This document shows positions 59,774 through 64,000 of a stretch of 64,000 bases of DNA, one piece after another; the first letter of the stretch is position 1; every line of letters starts with the position of its first letter. Under the pieces are notes generated by a model. It was not told the DNA's origin, made no database searches, and saw nothing but the letters and a program-made list of their open reading frames with translations. The DNA is taken from assembly GCA_029556545.1 (NCBI GenBank), contig JAKQEQ010000153.1, positions 43,348-107,347 on the forward strand, read 5' to 3'. Made by a program: the position numbers and the translations under genes. Origin of the DNA: Candidatus Hydrogenedentota bacterium. GTDB taxonomy: Bacteria; Hydrogenedentota; Hydrogenedentia; Hydrogenedentales; JAGMZX01.

Positions 59774-62473
59774 ATGAACCTCACTATTGACGGCCGAGAA
59801 ATCACGGCGGAAGAAGGGCAATCCGTCTTGGAGGCGGCGCGCGCCGCCGGCGTGTATATCCCCTCCCTGTGCTACCATCCGCGCACGGGCGCGGCGGCCC
59901 GTTGCCGGGCGTGCGTGGTGGAAATCGAGGGGCTTCGCGGGCTTCAGACTTCATGCACGGTCGCTGCCAGAGACGGCATGGTCGTGCAGACGCAGACCCC
60001 CGCCGTTATGGCCACGCGCCGGATGATCGTGGAATTGCTCCTGGCGAACGGGAACCATGATTGCATTTCCTGCGAGGCCAACGGCGCGTGCGAATTGCAG
60101 GATATGGCGTATCGCCTGGGGATCGAGCACCCGGCGTTTTTTGTTTCGGGAGAAGCGCAACCCGTGGATGATTCCTCGGAGGGAATCATCCGCGATTTGG
60201 GCAAGTGCATCCATTGCGGCCGTTGTGTCGCTGGGTGCAACAACACGGTCATGCATGAGGTGCTCAACTTCGGTCACCGGGGGGCACGCCTGGAGATAAT
60301 CTGTGACATCTATAAACCCATGGGCGAGTCCACATGCGTTCAATGCGGCGAGTGCGTGCAGCTCTGTCCGGTGGGTGCGCTGATATTCAAGCCTTCGAAG
60401 GGCCGCGCCCGCGCGTGGGAGGTCGAGCGGAAGGAGGTCATTTGCCCCTACTGCGGGGTCGGCTGCGTGATCGACATGGGAGTGAAGGACGGCAGATACG
60501 TCTGGGCGTTGGGCTCGGAGACCGACTGGCGCAATCGGCCTAACCAGGGCATGCTGTGTGTGAAGGGCCGTTTCGGCCTCGAATATCTCAATAGCCCGGA
60601 CCGGCTGACCACACCGCTAATCCGCCGCAACGGAAGCCTCGAACCCGCCACATGGGACGAAGCGCTTGACTTCGCGGCCAAGGAACTGCAGGCGGTCCGT
60701 CAAAAGCACGGCGCCGACGCCATCGGCTGTCTGAGCTCGGCCAAGGTGACGAACGAAGAGAATTACGCGATGCAGCGGTTCGCCCGCGCGGTCATCGGCA
60801 CGAACAACGTGGACCACTGCGCGCGGCTCTGTCACGCCTCGACGGTGGCCGGGCTGGCAACGACGCTCGGTTCCGGCGCGATGACCAACAGCATGCAGGA
60901 GGCGTCGAAGAGCGACGTCATCCTGATTACGGGCAGCAACACGACGTGGTGCCACCCCGTGTTCGGCGGCATGATCAAGAAGGCCGTCAAACAGCACGGC
61001 GTAAAGTTGATCGTGCTGGACCCGCGCGAGACCGACCTCGCCGCGATAGCCGACATCCACCTGCGCCAGAACAACGGCACGGACGTCGCCTGGCTCATGG
61101 GTATGCAGCACATCATCGTGCGCGAGGGCTGGCAGAATCAGGCCTACATCGACGAGCGCTGCGAAGGCTGGGAGGAATACAAGGAGAGTCTCGCGTTCTA
61201 CACGCCCGAGAAGGTCGAGGAACTTACGGGTATTCCGGCGGACCGCCTCTTCGAGGCGGCGAAGCTCTACGCCACCGGCGGCGTGGCGGCCATCTACTTC
61301 AGCATGGGCATTACGCAGCATTCGCACGGCGTCGATAACGTGAAGGCCTGCGCGAATCTCGCGCTCATTACGGGGAACCTGGGCGTCGAGGGCGGCGGGG
61401 TCAACCCCTTGCGCGGCCAGTCGAACGTGCAGGGCGCCTGCGACATGGGCGCTCTGCCCAACGTATTCAGCGGCTACCAGCCGGTGGCCGACGAGGCCGC
61501 GCGCAAGAAGTTCGCCGCGGCGTGGGGCGTGAACGACACGTTCCTGAGCGGCAAGGTGGGCCAGACGGTTACGACGATGATCAACGCCTGCGGGGAGGAA
61601 ATCCGGGCGCTCTACTTCATGGGCGAGAACCCGATGGTCAGCGACCCGAATCTTAATCACGTGGAAGAGCAACTGGAGAAGCTCGACTTCCTGATTGTGC
61701 AGGATATCTTCCTGACGGAAACGGCGAGCATGGCGGACGTGGTATTCCCTGGTGTGGCGTTTGCCGAAAAGTCCGGCACGTACACCAACACGGAGCGTCG
61801 CGTGCAATTAAGTCGGGCGGCTATCGAACCGCCGGCGGGCGCCCGGCAAGACTACGAGATCATCGCTGAGATGGCCAGTCGCCTCGGGTGCGCCGATTTT
61901 CCGCGGACGCCGGAAGCCCTATTTGCCGAGGTCAAGGCGTTGACGCCGTCTTATCACGGCATGACCTACGACCGAATCGAGGCAAATCGGGGACTGCGCT
62001 GGCCCTGCCCGACGGAGGACCACCCCGGCACGCCGATTCTCCACATCGGAAAGTTCCCGCGTGGAAAAGGGTTGCTTTCCGCCTTGCCGTACCGTCCACC
62101 CGCCGAGGAACCGGATGCGGAATACCCGATGCGGCTCAGCACGGGGCGTATTCTCCAGCATTACCACACTGGCAGCATGAGCCGGCGCGCGTCGGTGCTT
62201 GACCGGTTGGTTCCGCACGGCGACGTCGAGATACATCCCGAGGACGCGCTGGAACTCGGACTTGCCGACGGGGTCAAGGTGAAGGTGGCTACGCGGCGTG
62301 GCGAAGTGGTGACGATAGCGCGGGTGACGCCGCGTGTCGCGCCAGGGTCGCTGTTTATGGCGTTCCACTTCGCGGAAGCCGCGGCGAACCGCCTCACCAA
62401 TGACGCGCTCGATCCCGTGGCGAAGATACCCGAGTTCAAGATATGCGCGGCGCGCTTGGAAGCGGTCGAATAG
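59774..62473 (+). CDS. fdhA: Formate dehydrogenase catalytic subunit (Mo/W-bis-MGD, NAD-linked FdsA/FdhA type, Cys variant)
   Basis: N-terminal 2Fe-2S and 4Fe-4S ferredoxin region (…CYHPRTGAAARCRACVVEIEG…, …CISCEANGACELQ…, …CIHCGRCVAGC…, …CVQCGECVQLCP…), then the molybdopterin domain with Cys at the Sec position (…HCARLCHASTVAG…). No in-frame TGA. ATG at 59774 inside ORF 59087..62473. Confidence 0.9.
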   Translation: MNLTIDGREITAEEGQSVLEAARAAGVYIPSLCYHPRTGAAARCRACVVEIEGLRGLQTSCTVAARDGMVVQTQTPAVMATRRMIVELLLANGNHDCISCEANGACELQDMAYRLGIEHPAFFVSGEAQPVDDSSEGIIRDLGKCIHCGRCVAGCNNTVMHEVLNFGHRGARLEIICDIYKPMGESTCVQCGECVQLCPVGALIFKPSKGRARAWEVERKEVICPYCGVGCVIDMGVKDGRYVWALGSETDWRNRPNQGMLCVKGRFGLEYLNSPDRLTTPLIRRNGSLEPATWDEALDFAAKELQAVRQKHGADAIGCLSSAKVTNEENYAMQRFARAVIGTNNVDHCARLCHASTVAGLATTLGSGAMTNSMQEASKSDVILITGSNTTWCHPVFGGMIKKAVKQHGVKLIVLDPRETDLAAIADIHLRQNNGTDVAWLMGMQHIIVREGWQNQAYIDERCEGWEEYKESLAFYTPEKVEELTGIPADRLFEAAKLYATGGVAAIYFSMGITQHSHGVDNVKACANLALITGNLGVEGGGVNPLRGQSNVQGACDMGALPNVFSGYQPVADEAARKKFAAAWGVNDTFLSGKVGQTVTTMINACGEEIRALYFMGENPMVSDPNLNHVEEQLEKLDFLIVQDIFLTETASMADVVFPGVAFAEKSGTYTNTERRVQLSRAAIEPPAGARQDYEIIAEMASRLGCADFPRTPEALFAEVKALTPSYHGMTYDRIEANRGLRWPCPTEDHPGTPILHIGKFPRGKGLLSALPYRPPAEEPDAEYPMRLSTGRILQHYHTGSMSRRASVLDRLVPHGDVEIHPEDALELGLADGVKVKVATRRGEVVTIARVTPRVAPGSLFMAFHFAEAAANRLTNDALDPVAKIPEFKICAARLEAVE

Positions 62474-62494
62474 CGACGGAAAGGAACCAGCAAC

Positions 62495-64000
62495 ATGGAA
62501 GACTCCCTGCGAGAGCGAATCGGGATGCTTACGGCCCGATATCCGAGCAAGCGGGCGGCGTTGCTGCCGGCGCTTCACGCGGCGCAAGAAGCGAACGACG
62601 GGGTGATTTCCGAAGAAGACTTAAGCAGTCTGGCCGCGCTCCTCGGCGTCAGCCCTTCGCACGCATTCGGCGTGGTCTCGTTCTATACGATGTTTCGCAC
62701 GAAACCCGTGGGAAAGTATCACCTCCAGGTGGACACCAATCTCCCCGCGACGCTGGCGGGCGCCGAGGAAATCCTCAAACATCTCCTTAAGCACCTCGGT
62801 ATCAAGTTGGGCCAGACGACGCGCGACGGCCTCTTCACCGTGTCGTCCGTCGAGGACTTAGGCGCGAGCGGGACCTGTCCTGTTATCCAGGTCAACGATA
62901 GATACTATGAGGCGATGACCACCGACAAAGTAGACGCCTTGATCGAGTCGCTGCGGCGGGGAGAATGGCCGGAGTGGCCGGTCGCGGGCTACTTCGAGTC
63001 GGAGTGCAATATCCTCTTGCGGCGTCGCGGAAGACCCGATTCGGCGTCATTGGAAGGCTACTTGGCGGATGGAGGCTACGGCGCGCTGGCCAAAGCGTTG
63101 TCCATGACGCCGGCGGAGGTGGTTGACGCCGTCAAGAGCGCCGCTCTCCGGGGGCGCGGGGGCGCCGGGTTTCCCGCCGGTCTGAAGTGGGGCTTCGTAC
63201 CCAAGAACTCGGAGAAGCCCGTATACCTGGTCTGCAACGCGGACGAAGGCGAGCCGGGCACGTTCAAAGACCGCCAGATCATGGAGTTTGACCCCCACCT
63301 GCTGCTCGAAGGCATGGCCATCGCGGGTTACGCGATCGGCGCGAAACGCGGCTTCCTCTACATCCGCGGCGAGTTCTCGTGGATTGCCCGTATCCTGGAG
63401 CAGGCCATCGCCGAGGCGCGTGCGGCGGGAAAACTGGGCGACAATATCCTTGACAGCGGATTCGAATTTGACGTGGTGGTACATCGCGGGGCGGGGTCCT
63501 ATGTTTGCGGCGAAGAGACGGCCCTCATCGAATCGATCGAAGGTAAGCGCGGCCACCCGCGCATCCGTCCTCCCTTCCCCGCGCAAGAAGGATTGTGGGG
63601 CTGTCCCACCGTCGTCAACAACGTGGAAACGCTCGCGTGCGTGCCCTACATCATCGAGCATGGGGCGGACGCCTTTCGCAAGATCGGCCCGAATAACAAC
63701 TTTGGCCCCAAACTCTTCGGCGTTTCCGGGCACGTGAACCGGCCGGGCGTTTTCGAGTTTCCGATGGGGGTTCCGTTGTCGCGAGTCCTCGAAGCGGCCG
63801 GCGGCGTAAAGGGCGAGTTGAAAGCCGTCATCGTGGGCGGGCTGTCAACGCCCTTGCTGACGGCGGCCGAAGCGGCGGACGTGCGGCTGGACTACGAGTC
63901 CTGTCTCAAGTCCGGCACCATGCTCGGCAGCGGCGCCATCATCGTGATGAATCAGACGGTTTCGATTCCGCGCGCCGCGTTGCGTCTCATGCAGTTCTAT
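62495..64000 (+). CDS. Fused NuoE-like (2Fe-2S) plus NuoF-like (FMN/NADH-binding) diaphorase subunit of formate dehydrogenase (FdsG-FdsB-like); runs off the 3' end of the window
   Basis: Translated by hand from the ATG at 62495 (MEDSLRERIGMLTARYP…) with GGAAAGGAACC upstream. NuoE Cys motifs (…GTCPVIQVND…), then NuoF FMN/NADH motifs (…GRGGAGFPAGLKW…, …VCNADEGEPGTFKDR…, …GAGSYVCGEETALIESIEGKRG…). No stop before 64000. Confidence 0.85.
   Translation, partial: MEDSLRERIGMLTARYPSKRAALLPALHAAQEANDGVISEEDLSSLAALLGVSPSHAFGVVSFYTMFRTKPVGKYHLQVDTNLPATLAGAEEILKHLLKHLGIKLGQTTRDGLFTVSSVEDLGASGTCPVIQVNDRYYEAMTTDKVDALIESLRRGEWPEWPVAGYFESECNILLRRRGRPDSASLEGYLADGGYGALAKALSMTPAEVVDAVKSAALRGRGGAGFPAGLKWGFVPKNSEKPVYLVCNADEGEPGTFKDRQIMEFDPHLLLEGMAIAGYAIGAKRGFLYIRGEFSWIARILEQAIAEARAAGKLGDNILDSGFEFDVVVHRGAGSYVCGEETALIESIEGKRGHPRIRPPFPAQEGLWGCPTVVNNVETLACVPYIIEHGADAFRKIGPNNNFGPKLFGVSGHVNRPGVFEFPMGVPLSRVLEAAGGVKGELKAVIVGGLSTPLLTAAEAADVRLDYESCLKSGTMLGSGAIIVMNQTVSIPRAALRLMQFY

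Noticed and set aside
59774-62473. Selenocysteine-containing formate dehydrogenase.
   Set aside because: No in-frame TGA. The residue aligned with the Sec position (…ARLCHAST…) is Cys, so it is a Cys-type enzyme and no SECIS element is needed.

Overview
This is a 64 kb window of very GC-rich bacterial chromosome (the sequence looks about 68-70% GC). It is gene-dense, with about 33 protein-coding genes that I placed using the supplied ORF track plus motif-level reading of the translations. All calls below are by eye only, with no database search. The ORF track uses ATG, GTG and TTG as starts, so internal ATG or RBS-supported starts are given where they are clearly better; coordinates derived that way could be off by 1-3 nt. 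Many long, Arg/Ala/Gly/Pro-rich ORFs lie antisense to conserved genes and are treated as high-GC artefacts.

Left to right, the main content is:
- a GntP permease and a solitary PilC/GspF
- a minus-strand cell-envelope run: flippase-like protein, class A PBP, VanZ and a secreted protein
- a divergent Fur-family regulator (PerR-like) plus monofunctional catalase pair
- a single-polypeptide MmeI-like Type IIG/IIL restriction-modification enzyme (1102 aa) with an N-terminal D...ExK nuclease motif and a gamma-class N6-adenine methyltransferase (FxGxG, NPPY)
- rpsA, which carries a repetitive Ala/Glu/Pro tail
- a standalone ilvB-like thiamine pyrophosphate (TPP) enzyme, surE, a DedA/YqaA protein, a thioesterase and a dCMP deaminase
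- a 650-bp non-coding island packed with nested inverted repeats
- an envelope-modification locus with two paralogous modules, each pairing a GT-C glycosyltransferase with a sulfatase-family (alkaline phosphatase superfamily) domain, one fused and one split, flanking a secreted TIM-barrel-like protein
- pilT, a uroporphyrinogen decarboxylase (UroD)-family protein and ahcY
- a secreted protein followed by addA-addB
- an HDOD protein, an RpfC-like hybrid kinase with Hpt, and an RpfG-like receiver/PAS/HD-GYP regulator
- a PrpD-family protein and ftsH
- an MFS transporter, then a candidate sigma-54 promoter ahead of amt-glnK-glnA
- a long leader, then an oxalate/formate-antiporter-family MFS, a Cys-type fdhA, and a fused NuoE/NuoF-like subunit that runs off the window.

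I could not recognise any rRNA, tRNA or CRISPR array. The most unusual items are the duplicated GT-C plus sulfatase-like modules, the inverted-repeat island at 21.1-21.8 kb, and the solitary MmeI-like enzyme inserted between katA and rpsA.
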